The position numbers were made by a program, and so were the translations under genes. A stretch of 62,095 bases of DNA, counting the filler, from Choristocarpus tenellus KU-1152 (lineage: Eukaryota > Protista > Phaeophyceae), in NCBI GenBank assembly GCA_964200185.2. It is 11 parts of 11 records of this genome, joined end to end, with 100 filler letters (N's around TTAATTAATTAA, not from the genome) between each part and the next. Parts side by side here need not be neighbours in the genome. Positions count along the whole stretch, not along the records: positions 1 to 7,303 come from CAXNAD020006373.1; positions 7,404 to 13,071 come from CAXNAD020010076.1; positions 13,172 to 16,994 come from CAXNAD020017725.1; 8 more parts are not named here. One strand, 5' to 3'. Below are positions 1 through 13,792 of the stretch, in pieces. Position 1 is the first letter of the stretch, and the number at the start of each line of letters is the position of its first letter. Below the pieces are notes generated by a model, which was given only the letters and a program-made list of their open reading frames with translations, had not been told where the DNA came from and made no database searches.

Positions 1-2984
1 GGCGATTTTAAAATGGTTCTTCCGGTTTTACCCGGCAACCAGCAATTGGTACTTTCCCCTTTCCTGGGCAGTATGCCCCCCCCCCCCCCCCCTCCCCCCT
101 CCATTAAAATCATAATCAACTAGTAAGGAGCAGGGAAAACGGAAGGACATACATACCTCGAAGCATTCTCCATTGTATGCATGTACTCAAATGCATGCTT
201 CAAGTGTGTGTGTATAAAGTACAAATTATGTACCCTACTTCAAACCATTACACAGATCCACAAGATAAGGTGTACTTCAGAATATGCGCACAGGAGTTCC
301 CCTCCCTCATAGAAAGTACCACATTTTCAACCTAAAAGGGTCCACTTTTCTGATTTAGAAATCAAAATCAGCTCTGACTCTCACATCATACAGGTGGGCA
401 TAATTTGTCACATTCTGTAAGTTTCCAGGTGATATGGAACACAAAAATGATCAAGTACAATAGGTGTTCCAACTCTTCCAACCACCGCACATATTTTATC
501 ATCCGTATCAAAGCGGCATATAAGGACAAGAGGTTGAACCCAAACGAGGATTTGTAATACTTTCAAGGAGAGGGGGGTTCCACACAACACCATCAAAATA
601 CACGCTGATGCAACAGCACAAACAAACAAAAAAAATTACCTACGTTCAGATCATTAATATTATACTATAATCAATACTATATTACGAACAAGTCAAGGAC
701 AATCGAAGGCAAACGAAAAGTAAAAAAGTGGTCCCAAACATTTCAATACGCTTTTGTAACTCAGTGCCATCAAGACTTGAACGGAATGTACATGTTTGGA
801 CCCTCAGGGGGGTGGGTGGTGACACATACACAGATAGAGATGATATAATCAGAGTGCTTGAATATTCGCAATCGATCTAACTGTTTCTCGGGACCCAGCG
901 CTACCGTGCTAGAAAAAAAAATGTCAACAGCTCAGAAAACGCAAAACACACACACAAGACTCATCATTTTTTCGGGTGTATGTGAATGGTAGTCAATGCT
1001 ATGATTTGATTAAACTGCAATTATTCGACATGAAGAGTCAAGAGTCAAGAGTCCAGAAGGAATTCTCAATAGCTTATTTTCTCATGCACATGGACATGCA
1101 TGTTCCACTCACAGAATCCCACGGCACTATTCATTTTGGGTTTGGATAAGCCCTATCCCTAACCTCAACTCCAACCCTATCCCTATCCCTGTATCTAATT
1201 CTAACCTGCTCTGATTTGTTGTTGCAGGGCACAATTCAATTGTACAGTCTAGTGCACAAAAAAAATATCAAGCAATGAATCAAAACTCATAAATACTCTC
1301 AATTCACAAGACTCTGAATTTGTCCTCACAGGTACCAATGCAAAGAGTTAAGAAAAGAACCAGTGTTTAGGTTTGCGAGATGGCAGGCCAGTACAATGGG
1401 ACAACAGAAGAAATTACTAAATTGCTCTTATACAACAGAAAAAGAACACATTAATTAATTGATCAATTATTTGTACTATCCAACAGACCAAAAACCTGGT
1501 CAAGCGCATTTATAATATGGGTGCCTCTCTCTACCACGTAAGTGTACCTTAGGGTTTGGGGGAGCTAAGAAGCAAACGAGTGGGATATTTCATGAAGAAC
1601 AAATTGCAAGAAATTGAGTTGACTTGAAAGTGGGACCTCACTTCTTAAAAAAAAATGTCAGAAAAATTACAGTAATGGTTCTAAGGATGGAAAATTGTCC
1701 AAATTATAACAAATGGACACAAGCACTTCTGCCGCCAGCAGATATATATAATTTTTTTGAAGCATATTTTCAAAACCAATAGACTAGCATTTAAGATATA
1801 GCATCAGTTCTAGATGCCTTTTTAAAACAGAACTATGGTAAATTCATTCTGAGAACACACTAAACAGGCAGCACTAATCGAAATAGGGTCATTCAACAAT
1901 TCTACTTCCACATAGTGTAGAGTACCCTATCCATCTAGCCAATGCTCACAACAACAGTGACAAGATACAAAAACAAATATCATGAGGGAAGGAAAGCCCC
2001 CTTCAAGGTGTTTGAAAATCCATGCAAGTGCAGAGAGGGGTACAGCGAGAGGCACGGTTGATCATGATTTGCAGCATTCTTCAAGGTCGTATTGTCATCA
2101 GAACCATCTTGCACATGATGTAGCCAAACCTCATGCATACAACAAGATATTGACGTAACGTACCACCACACTTTCAATACACCAATCCACAGGTGACTAT
2201 ATTGCCTGGGTGGAACAGGGACATCTCAACATCTTCATAACATCAAGTGACTTGGGCATCGTGCAGCCTAATCCATGGACCTTCAAAGCACTAGTGGTCT
2301 CCCCACATCCCTGTCGGGACCACACTTAAAATACAACTGGATAATAAAATAGTACTTCTCATACTGCTATATATGTAGAATGTAGTTCATTTAATGTACT
2401 CAAAGAGCCAGTCATGTTTTCCTCTCCACAGCACCAGGATGGGGGCAATACAGGTGCAATTCTAAAGCACAAAACAAAAGGACTTGAATTTTGAAAAAGC
2501 CTTGCAAGGTGTGCAAAATGTACTGTGCAGATAGGAGGACATAATGGTGCACTTTAAGAATGCAATGTAGCAACCTTGTTCCCCTTCAATTTTGAATGCG
2601 TAAGTGGCGTATTGCGTTGCATGAGGTGTAGACATTTCTCAATACAAACACCAAACTAACACTAATTCTAATCCAGAATGTCATCAAATATAGGACACTG
2701 TATATATTAACATGTATGGATGGAATGAAACTGCAAAAAAAAGGGGCAGTGAAAAAAAGGCAAGATTGATCCAATGGATGGGAATGCATGCATGCATGGT
2801 ATGGAGTGTAAGCACATGAAGAGGATGGTTGGAAAAGATGCAAATATGGACAACTCAGTCTATACTAGAGCGCTTGAGGATTAGGATTCAACATCAAGCA
2901 AATCCCTGCACAAGTTACTGTGGTGTACAACTGCAAAAACAAGAACGTTTTAAATACATCCTTACGGAGTAGTTGCTTCACAAA

Positions 2985-3164
2985 GGCCCGAAGTATCTGT
3001 TGGAGGGGGGGGTCTACACCAGGGTGTCCATTTGGGTCCTGACCAGGAAAAGTGCACTTACATTATCCATCTGACGCATGCAACCAAATCATTCAAAAAT
3101 CGCGACATGGAAAAACGGGTCCCAAATGGATAGCCACCACCCCCCCCCACAGATACTTTGAGCC
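2985..3164. mobile_element. MITE family B (about 175-180 bp), complete copy
   Basis: Imperfect 14-bp TIRs GGCCCGAAGTATCT / AGATACTTTGAGCC with adjoining G/C runs, subterminal GTCCATTTGGG inverted repeats, and flanking 4-bp direct repeat CAAA. Confidence 0.85.
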
Positions 3165-3229
3165 CAAAATGAGTGTGGTGCCATATATGATTTCCTTGTT
3201 GTCTTCCTGGAGTGGGTAGTGTAACTAGT

Positions 3230-6030
3230 AAAATCGTCAACAGACAACCTCAACATCGACTTGGAGGAGAGGGGCGGAGACACAGTGAGCTATCTGTCCG
3301 ACAAGATAGATTAAAAGATGCTTGGAAGGTGGACAATGACAACAAGAGAGTCCCGTCCAGAGCAAAAGCGCAAAGATGTGCAAAATAATCAATATAGTTG
3401 TCCCAGGATACACATGCAAGAAGCTATAGCAACTTCATTTCTAATTATTCGGAGCCCGCATCTTTTATTTACGGCAATAGTGGCCTGAAATGATTGATAC
3501 CAATAACAGATGGAGCTTACCTTGGGCTTGCGGGCCGTCCGCTGAGCCTCATCCTTACCCCTGCGCAACTCTTCCTCCTGCCAATCCTTGTCGGCTGGCA
3601 CCAGTTGCTTTTCCATTGCGCAGATCGAATCACTCTGCACGGGAAAGCAATCTGAGGGGGTTAGATGTAACTAAATGTTTGATTTACTCGCAAAGTGATT
3701 GGATACAAAGAGAGGGTATCTGTGAGGCCACAATGACTGGGAGATGCGACAGTATACCATCAAATAACAGCAGCACTAGTCACTGGGGGCAATAGAAAAG
3801 TCGATGCAGTATAGTTTTTCTGGTTGGTCAAACATACGCTACGAAAGAGTTGAGCAGGGGGTCCGGAAAAATGAGTAAGTGGGAGACTTGACTCGCAAAA
3901 AATAGGGGCAGGAACTATTGAAAGGGGGTCAGATCTTCAATCCTTGCTTCGGAATTGTTGAGCAAATATTTTTTGTGGTACAAATACTACCATACTACTT
4001 ACTTGAAACCTACAGCTACCCTTATAACATGTGTCTACACCAATACTACCACAAGTCCACCGGTTTCAATCTGGATGCTTGTTGGGAACACTATACTCGA
4101 GTAGTGTACTAGGAGATGCCACAGCGAAAGTTTTTATGCATTCACATGCATCAATCTCATGCCTATACAGCACGTCATACCTGATCTCGTGGCCTCTATT
4201 TCACTTGATCGCCCTCCTCGTGCTCCTAACGCCTCTGCCTAGGTCCTAGTTTAGCACTCCCAATGAATATTTGGTTGTAGTTGTCCCACCTTCGATTTTC
4301 GATGATCCTCGTTTATTGCGCGATCCGCGTGGTTTGTTGCTATGTTGCAGAGAATAGGAAAGGAATAGTGGTTACTGCCAACAAACACTCATATACTTTG
4401 TCTTGTTGTAGAAGAGAGGTCGTAAGTGCGCTGGGCATTCTGAGGTATTAATCAAGAGGTAGGGATTAAGATTTGCGTACGTTGGTGAAGCCTGAGTTAT
4501 CGGACTTGCGCAGACACAGGTTGACGACATTTTGGGTACCCTGATGATGTTCCCTTACGATGTTTACATAGTTTAGGACTTCAGGATTATGTAACCTTGG
4601 TCCTATTTATGAGCTCCTCCTGGAGGGCTTCGAGTGGATAAAAAGACTCAGAGGTTAGGTAGTTTCCAAGGAATCTGTGGTCCTCAATCAAGATTCTACT
4701 TCATTAGCAGACTATCTTCCTTCCTTTATTTCTCCCCCAATACTATCCTGGGAGGTAAAATTGCCCTTAATCGCGCTCCACCGCCACCCAACTTTCATTC
4801 CTGATCAGCTCGAGCTAAATCTACCCAGTGGACTGGGCAATTGCTGTACTCCCGCCAAGTGCTATGGCGCAAGGTAGGTTCAAAGATTTGTGTGAGATTG
4901 CTCTATAAAGGATGCCATGGTTACAACTTGTGGCCACCTTTCATCCTTCAAGTAGTGGCTATAAGTACCTTGTGCTATCAGGGAGTGGTCGGAAGTAAAT
5001 CATTGCCCTTGATCGAGCAACTAACTAGTACCTTCTCAGATAGCTCTAGAATACCTCGTTGACATCATTCTGGTCTCATCCTCCTGATGTATTCCCAGCG
5101 TTAACTTCCTACCGAATAACATCACTACGACTCTTCTACTTTTCTTCTGCGCAGAGATTGTAGCCATAGTTGCGAAAGTAGAGAAAGAGGCATTTAGGGA
5201 TCAGATTGCGCCGAAACAGATAACGACTACTGAGATGCACCTACCTGACAATCGCCCAAACGAGGTTGGGGATATTTCTTACTCCACCTTGAAAGATTTT
5301 GAAGTCCTGCCTAGTACCTTCCCTCACCCCTCTTGCTCTTCCTATCGGCCATCCCTTAACCTTGTGCTGAGTATCGTGTACCCTGCCACCATCTCTCGAA
5401 GGGTAAATGAGGATTAAAGACGCTAAAGGAACAAAATGGGTCAAATATGTTGACACTATTGACAGAAATCGTCCACCAAAACCTTTTCATTCAGCACCCA
5501 TCCCTTAGCTTGGCCAATGCTTTGGCAGAGCCCTGGGCGTGATCCTCAAGAGATCCAGTGATTGACCAATCGAGGGTCAGGTGTTTGCTAACAATTACGT
5601 ATCAGATACCAGCTGTCAAGACAAAGACAGGCAAACAAAAGGTTGCAATATCCCCCTATCGCAAGGCAACCTCAGCTGTGCCAATCTCCCAATTTTTGGC
5701 ATCCTCTGCCACACAAATCCCTATATCCTACTCCTCACCTACAACTCGCCAGGCAGTTAGGCGAGAGTCAAGTCCACACCATAACTTGTGCTGCCAGATA
5801 TTCCTTTACACTCCCTGTATTTTGTCCTAGATTCAGCGTCCTGTCTATGATCAGTCCCAAGATGGTTGTATCATTGCTCATACCACACAGGAGTTGTCTC
5901 ACCACCACACCATCATCTCTTGTGCTAATGGTAGGAGAGTTGTTGGTGATCCCAAAGCTAAGGGCTGGTTATAACAGAGTGTTCAATGTTGATTTTTGCT
6001 TGAAGTCACAGAAACTACAAGACTGACTTG
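3230..6030 (-). pseudogene. Heavily decayed Copia pol remnant (integrase to RT)
   Basis: Minus-strand VLVDDFC (about 5462-5483, integrase core), ARSRAMIYF..DSTRYL (about 4960-5018, SH3-like) and LSVDDF (about 3232-3249, RT YVDD-like) occur in Copia order. Confidence 0.4.
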
Positions 6031-7303
6031 ATAAAATATAATGCTCTGACAAGGATGCACTCGTGCCAAGTACCTCAAGTCAAATGGTGCTCAAGTCATG
6101 ATCTTGACAGTTGACACAGCATCACCAATGTGGAGGGTGGAATTGCAGAGTCGGTATAGAGGGGGGGGTAGTTGGACAAAGTGGTCCATGGGGCTTAATT
6201 TTCATCACTTCCTCAGTGTTTTTCTGGAGTTACACTACCATATCTGGTACTTACTTTATTGAGTACTGATACACACTGAAGGCATCTTATCATATCTTGC
6301 TGTGGATTTCATGCCTTTGCTGTGTTGTGGGACACTCTGTCTTGTAATCCTTTCTTGTCCTTCCCTTCTCATCACCTACAAAATTTTAGCAGTTGTAATT
6401 TAGTTTGTATGAAGGTTGGAGCTCGTGATACGTATTATTATTGCAAGTAATAGGTGGTCCAATTTTGAAGTGCCTTCAGGAACAGGTTCATTTCTATCCA
6501 GTTTGGAGTGATTTTGAGTCGAACCAACCCTTGGGGTGCTGTAAGATACCACAGTTTTGATGCCCTATTTGCTGATGATTATTCTGTGGATTTGGTCTAG
6601 GCAGAGAGATGTAATAGTAAAAAAGTCCTCTTACGTATGACTTAACATGTCATGATAACGCCACAAGGATACACAGGCCCCAAATGGACGCCTAGCCCCC
6701 CCATGTAGGATACTATGGTCCAGTGGTTAGAAACAACAGAGGTGCTTACAACATCAAACTTTTTATCTTGCAGAAAATTTCGCCCCACCTATCTTCAGGA
6801 GTGGCATAGCAAAGATGCTAACCATTCAGCATTTTTTAGCTGTGTTTTGACACAGGTATGACTGCCCTCGATGTTGCTTCTTATTCCCCGATGATATCTG
6901 CCAAGGTCACTGAGCATCAAATGTACCCTGTACTTCCCTAGTATGCTCTTCCAAAGTTATACTTCAGACTTCTAGTTGTTGTTGTAATATTTTCAATACT
7001 GTTTGTAGCAAATATCGTTTTTGCAGGTGTTGTGATAGGGGGGAAATAAACAACATAATAGAGAGCTCCAAAAATATATCCAGTAATTACATATGATGAA
7101 GTCCTTCATGTGTCATAGTACTTCAGCCCATGTCAATCATTTGCATCCTGTATACAACTTGAGAGCGTTCCTAATCACAACACATATTCCTTGCACCTTG
7201 TTCATTACACTGTGCAACATATTCGGCCCTGACCCCCCCCCCCCCCCCCCCCCTTTTTCCCCCTCTAAAAGGAGGAGGGGGGGGGGGCGGGGGGGGGAGG
7301 GAG

Positions 7304-7403
7304 NNNNNNNNNNNNNNNNNNNNNNNNNNNNNNNNNNNNNNNNNNNNTTAATTAATTAANNNNNNNNNNNNNNNNNNNNNNNNNNNNNNNNNNNNNNNNN
7401 NNN
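7304..7403. other. Artificial contig linker N44-TTAATTAATTAA-N44 (first of ten)
   Basis: Identical 100-bp linkers with stops in all six frames occur at 7304, 13072, 16995, 21721, 27827, 32423, 39559, 43872, 49122 and 52024. Confidence 0.97.
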
Positions 7404-8589
7404 CCCCCCCAGATACTTTGAGCCAGGTTCTGCATGCAAAGAGACAAAAAAATTTAGCAAAAAGATCTTAACTTGTGTTGTTTTACCAAAGTAACAATAT
7501 GTTCCTTCCTGGAAAGTAAGGATCCTGTTAAGCACGACTCACTGCGTGAAAACAAAAGACCGATTGGGAATGAACTGGTTGATATGTGTGGTGGAAGGTT
7601 CCACCGTGAGACTAAACCAATTTTCAGGGACCGAACAAGATGGACTGGTCCCTTGTGGAGTACCCCATCTTGTGTGGTTTCAGATAGGGGAACTGATCCT
7701 GGTTGGTTAGTTGTTTGTTAATGAAGTGGAATGGTTGTTTGCACTATCTGATTGCTGATATTGTAAAGTGCTCCCCTCCATACTTTTTCTAGCATAGGGG
7801 GGTTAGGTTTAGTGGGAAGTGGAGCTGAGATAGTTCTGGTACTGCTATGCTCATCTAATTTTGTAGACTGAACCATCGCATTGCTACGTGGAAGTCGAAC
7901 TGAATTGAAGTTTGGTGTGGTTCAATATATACCTCCTATCTTTTGGTATGAGTTGTACAATGGAGGAAGGAAAAGGAGTTTGTAAGTCATAGTCAGGTTA
8001 CTGATAGCAAAAAAAAAAGTGTGGTTACTTAGCCTGGAGCAGTCACTGTCCCTTTACTCCATGGCTCTGGTTCTGCTCCCCATCCATTTACATGCCTGGT
8101 GTGCACCCAATAAGATTGCCTCTCCCTGACTCGACGGACACATTGTGCAGGTGGTACTCTTTGTTTTTTTTGTGACTGTGACCATGTACAACATCTTCTG
8201 CATTTACGTTACTGCTTTTCTGAGGTATGAGCAAAACCTGGGTAGGAATGGATGAGGAAGGGAAAGGGATGATTGAGGGAAGTGAAGTAGTAGTAGTAGG
8301 GTAATTGTGTTCTTCTGTATGGGTGATTGGGTGATTGGGTGGTTGGGTGGGCAAGGCGGGGTATGCATTTGGGTATCTCTAGCATATGGAGGGTCTGCGA
8401 TGATGTGATGAATAAGACCCAACCTTAAGGCTCAGAGGCGCTGATGTGAAGGCGGTTTAGTTACCCACACCCATCTCTATTGCCCATCTCAGGGTCTGAC
8501 AGGATGAGATGGTTAGGATTCCGGTGTGTGGTAGACAATAAGCAAAATATTATCCTACAGTACTGAGGCTTGGTGAAGCATGCCTCCCC

Positions 8590-8800
8590 TCATCCTCGGT
8601 CCTTCTGAGACAATCCCATAGTGTATGCGCTGAAATATGCCACCAAAGATGTGTGAATCTCCTGTGCAGCACGCAGATACTGCTCTGCCTACAGGTTTCC
8701 CCCACTGCCAGTCCTGGAACTGCTCTACCCATACCTTGATCAATGGATGCTGTTTTCCACTTGTGTGTTGGATGGCAAATATCACTTGAGAAATCAAGAC
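8590..8800 (-). pseudogene. Possible CRE-like RT remnant in an intron
   Basis: VPGLAVGETCRQ, then in another frame IFQRIHYGIVSEG, resemble CRE RPIAVGETLRR...QYGVG. Short and degenerate. Confidence 0.3.
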
Positions 8801-8870
8801 TGGTTGTTGTACCCACCAATACTCCCTGGTCACATTGCACTGTCTCTTTTTTAAAACTCTCTTTTTGCAG

Positions 8871-11161
8871 TGCAATCTGGCATGCCATCCTGGATAACTT
8901 TCGCCCAGTGAGTGTCTGGGGAACAGACCTAGTAATCTTTTACCTTATCACAGATGGACAGTTCGGAGAGGCTTGGAACAAGTACAGCTGGTTGCAATTC
9001 TCAGGGATGATGGTGAGGAAGGGCCTTTTGAAATGTTGTTTGGTTGAGGAGATCGTTTGTTGATTGGGTTGGGTTGGGATGAATACCTACTTTGACGGAT
9101 GTTGAAGGTGCAGAAAGGTTCTTGTACGATGTGATCTTCAGGTGTTGCAATTGTTGTTCACCATCTAAGATCATTCTAAAAAAAAGCTGCTCAACAATAA
9201 CTACAATGTACAGGCCCAGTGAAGGAAGTGCTCTTCAACTTGTATCATGTGCACCAACTGGGTGCACCCTGTCTAAAGACAATCAGTTGATACTGCTGTG
9301 CTTTATTCCTGTCGAAGACACCTTTTTTCTACGAACTATTGCATTTTGAACCTTTTCATAAGCTACGAAGGCAGTCTGAAACCAGATTAAATGAGTTAAT
9401 CAAGACAGCATATTACAGGGTTGATTATCAGACAGGCTACCTTATTTTCTGAGGCATCATCAAATACATAATCTCAATGAGTCAAATAATTTAAGAGGGT
9501 AGGGCCGTATCCATTCGGGGTCCTAAATCCAATGTTGCGATTCTGATGAATTTGGGCTATCGTGTTTGTTAGCAAGTGTCAATATCCTTGCTCTACAAAC
9601 ACGTTTCATAGTCCTATACGTTTTAGGGTTAGGGTTAAGTGTTCACACAGAAAGCCGAAAAAGGGCATAAAAAACCCGTGGGAAGCCAAGCCCCGAATGG
9701 ACAAACAGGGCCAAACTCCTCCCCTCTTAAATGCATTGACTCAATGTAACATAAGATATGAGTACCTCTCGCATATCAAATGATTTTTTCTAATGTCGAA
9801 TAGTCTTCAGTTGGTGGAAAACATACTTGGACTGTATGCAGTATACCACGGTCCATTTGTTTGGCTCCACAAAGAAGCTGTTTGTGGTAGATTGGGGGCA
9901 TTGAGAGAGTTCCACCCAGGTTCATTTTCCATTTCCTTAAGGGGAATCTGATTGTCACTACATTCTCTTATGGTGTAGAAAATTAAAGGCTTGAAAATAG
10001 CTCCTCATCTATTCACGGTGGGTGGTTTTTCTTGGCCTTATATTCGATTAATAGTGGTTAAGTTTTCCGATTTGACTTTAGGGAGAATAAACCTTCAAAT
10101 GGTTGTGATGGTTTTTCTGTCTGAAGATTTTAAATATATTACCGGGTTGTTATAATTTTGTATTAATTGTCTACATTTTTCTTTGATAACAGCAATGATA
10201 TTCCCCAGAGCATACACACTTTGAACTACAATACTCGAAGATTCGTTTGGTGTTTGATATATGTATGTACATTGTACAACACTAAATTTTGTACAACATA
10301 GTTCCTGGTCAGACACAGCAAACTTGTAGATATTTTCCTCCCTGATGCCAAATGGAAAGTCGGAATATGAATAGGTCTTATATAGCTGCAGTAAATAAAT
10401 CAAATCTCTGCCGAATGCGTTTATTAGTTCTTTTTGTAGACCACTAATTTTCGCATTCCATTAATGATGGCCTCCCTGCCTATTGCACCAGTTTGTCCCT
10501 TAGAAAGCTCTTCAAAGCAGGTACGCATTAATTTGTTACATCTTTTTGATGATCGAGATTATGCATCTGCCTTATTGATTGCCCTGCACACATGTTGTTC
10601 TATTGTAGTACACCGGTTTTGTTCCCCTTAACAAATGATAGCACTACTAAACTGCCTCTCAATGGGATACCACGAACTATTCTTGCCTCCTGTACCCCCA
10701 AACCCAAGGGTTGTCACCCCCCCACTCCCATACACTGGTCACCCTATTCCAATCTCTCCCTAACCCACAACCACTTCTTTAAGGTGTTATTCGTTGGCAC
10801 AGCTGTCTACAATGGCTCCCTCCGCATCCCAGGCCTACCCTACCCTTCAGCATACTCCTCCATTGGTGATGGAAGCGAAACCCCTGGCATGCGAACCAAG
10901 GCATCTCTCGCATCCCCAGCCCTCATGCAATCCCCCCTCATTCGCCGGCTGTCCATGGATCATGAGAGCCCAGGAAGGGTGCTCTTAATTGCAGCAAGGG
11001 CAAATGCCCGCCGCAAGGATGAGGAGATCAGATTGGGGAACGGGGGAGGCATTATTGCGTCAGTGAGGTCGCTACGGCCACGTGCGGCGAGTGACGAGCC
11101 GGAGGGACTCTTTGTCAGGAGTGGTGATGTTGCTAACTATGGCAATCCCGAAGAGGTCTAA
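8871..11161 (+). CDS. SLC35F6-like (DMT / nucleotide-sugar transporter superfamily) membrane protein, last two exons
   Basis: Exons 8871-9012 (tttttgcag|...ATGATG|gtgagg) and 10784-11161 (ctttaag|GTG...TAA) splice in phase 0. They give SAIWHAILDNFRPVSVWGTDLVIFYLITDGQFGEAWNKYSWLQFSGMM|VLFVGTAVYNGSLRIPG, which resembles the SLC35F6 C-terminal TM segments (LDxxRTxxxW...LQxxGFxxLxxGTxxYN). Upstream exons were not found. Confidence 0.75.
9479..9742. mobile_element. MITE family A (about 260 bp), diverged copy inside the SLC35F6-like intron
   Basis: Ends GAGTCAAA...TTGACTC, flanked by AAT/AAT. The interior (gtccatt...ccaatgttgcgatt...aagtgtcaatatc...gggaagccaagcccc) matches the other A copies. Confidence 0.8.
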
Positions 11162-12693
11162 TTTTTCGTAAGAACTGAGATTGGGGGGGGAGGAGTGTAG
11201 GAGCAGAAGAATGTACGGGTACCAGTCTGCCTCTGTCAGTAGTAGATCGAGCAAGGTGGATGAGGGGAGAGGGGACAGTGCCGCAGTGATGGCGATGAAC
11301 TATGACATGCCTTGGTTAGCACAGCGATATGCAAAATATTTTCTGGTAGTATGTAGTTATGTATTGTATTTGCTGAGCTGTGCGCTTTCACAGGTGTTCG
11401 TTACTTGATTTGGCCTCCTATTTTCATCTTTTTGTTTGCTTCCTTTGTTGATAGACTGCTCTCTGGTGTGTGTGTACCAGTGAGTAGTCTCTACTGCCCA
11501 ATGTTAGGGATGAAAATGAAGGACTCCGGAACACTGTATGTTGAGAGTGAGAGTGTAACCAGACTTTTTTTTGCACTGAGAATTTTGACAATGATAGTAG
11601 TATGGTACACCAAAGCTTAATGTTACACCATGATACTTTTGACTATTTAAGTGATCAACATAAACTTTTGAACAAACGAATACATATATTCTGCCTATAA
11701 CTGTGCTTCCAATTAGTAAACCACACCCTCAGCTAAAAAATCCCCATACTCTTGATACCTAAATCTCAAAGCCCATACTTAATATCAGAATTACTACTAT
11801 GCAGCAGACACTTTAAATAGCCTCCACTTCATTTTTACACAATCGATTTGGTGATCAATGTAGTCATTAGAAAAACAAGAGGTTTTCACTGTAACAGTGG
11901 AAGCACAAAATGTGACGAGTGGTTGCTTCAGGTCATTTTTCCTGTGGCTAAGACGAAACTCACCACATGGTCAAATTACACATGTACTCTGAACACCCTT
12001 CAAAACACTATTTTCTCACATGACCTTGAGATTTGACACAATCAATAGGCAACTAACTGCAGGTTACTCTGAATCAACTCCATATTTTTTGGGGGTATCT
12101 ATTAACTAATTGAGTGGGGCAATCGGTATGGATGATAGTCAAGTACCTCGTCTGGTATTTTTTTTCCCCTAAGGCAAGATATTTGTCATGAACCATGGCA
12201 CACTGATTAATAGTTCACATATACATATATATAGCATATATAGATAGATACACACAAGGACTATTAGTAAGTAGCACATCAGGCGGATTAATGATATTGG
12301 GGCAGATATACTTTTTGATGGAGTGGCACACCTTCCTGTGAATTTTTACTGGCCCTGCATACAAGTATTGGGTTTAGCATTTGCTTCCATGGCAACGTAG
12401 GGCTGGATGCTTCACCTACTTTGGTATAGCACTACGGGAAGATTGCAGTGACGATGCCTTCAGGGCCTTTCAAGGCTACCTCTTGGTGTTTTGTTATCTC
12501 ATCTAAATGGCAGCACCTACGTCATCACCGCTTCCTTTTATTTTCGGAGTTTTCCCGGAATAGCCTTGTTGCAGCACGCACACGAACACAACACATACAT
12601 GCATATAATCCCATTCCAAGAGTCTGTAATATGGAGACTAGAAGGAGTTGGAACAGGGGTGGGTCGTGTATGTGGTTGATGTTTGTACACATT

Positions 12694-12952
12694 GAGCCAA
12701 AGTATCTTGGAGGGTAGCGCCGCGTCCATTTGGGAGCCACAATCCATGTTGCGATTTTGATGTCATTCTTGCTATCTTGTTCGTTAGGAAGTGTCAATAT
12801 CTGTGTTCCGCACACACCTTTTTCACATCATATACACCATATCTACTCCTAAACATTTTGGAGTAGGAAAATGTCATAAAAGAACCCATGGGAAGCCAAT
12901 CCCCAAATGGACAAAAAGGGCAAAACTCGTACCCTCTAAGATACTTTCACTC
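12694..12952. mobile_element. MITE family A, complete copy fused to a family B fragment
   Basis: TIRs GAGCCAAAGTATCTTGGAGGGTA / TACCCTCTAAGATACTTTCACTC, followed directly by family B interior sequence. Confidence 0.85.
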
Positions 12953-13618
12953 GGCTGTCCATTCGGGGCCTATTTTTCCATGTCGCGATGTTTGGGTGAT
13001 TTGGTTGCATTCGTCGGATGGATAAGGAAAGTGTACTTTTCCAGGTCAGGGCCCGAATGTATACCCTGGTGNNNNNNNNNNNNNNNNNNNNNNNNNNNNN
13101 NNNNNNNNNNNNNNNTTAATTAATTAANNNNNNNNNNNNNNNNNNNNNNNNNNNNNNNNNNNNNNNNNNNNATGCACAAGTCGTCAAGTATGCTGAATCT
13201 CTCACTTGGATTATCATCAATATCATCGTATAAAAAGGAACTGATCAACGATGTCTTATCACAATCGGCGAACATAATGATAAAAAAAAATCAATAAGTA
13301 CAAATATATCAAATCTAGAACTTCAATATCATAATAGTGTTTATGAAACCGTCATCAAGACATATCGCCTGTAGCATCAACAGTGAGAAAACTGAAGGCT
13401 CGAGTATGTAGTTGACTCTGAAAACCGTGACTCTGTGTGCCAACCATTTATATTCTGTCAAAAAGATGAAGAAAAGTGTGAGGATGCTGGCTGGGTTATT
13501 TATGTTTCACTGGATGGTAAGGGGTGTTTTAGGTCTCCCGTTGTGAGAAGGAACCTCATCTCTACATCTTGTCGCTTCAAAAAAGTGAACAAATCATACT
13601 TCAACAAGCGATATTGTC

Positions 13619-13792
13619 TAGATTCGAGTGGGGGGGGGGGTCTACATCAGAGTGTCCATTTATTTGAACCAAAACAAGGAAAAGGGCACTTTCATTATCC
13701 ATCCAACGTATGGAACCAAATCACCCAAAATCGCGACATGAAAAAGTTGGCCCCAAGTGGACAGCCGCCACCCCCCCTATATACTTTGAGCC
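13619..13792. mobile_element. MITE family B, copy with degenerate left end
   Basis: The interior (gtgtccattt...cattatccatc...aatcgcgacatg...ggacagccgccacccc...tactttgagcc) matches the other B copies. Confidence 0.75.

Noticed and set aside
408-629. Minus-strand exon after a good acceptor near 607
   Set aside because: Two frames are possible, neither is recognisable, and no partner exon was found.
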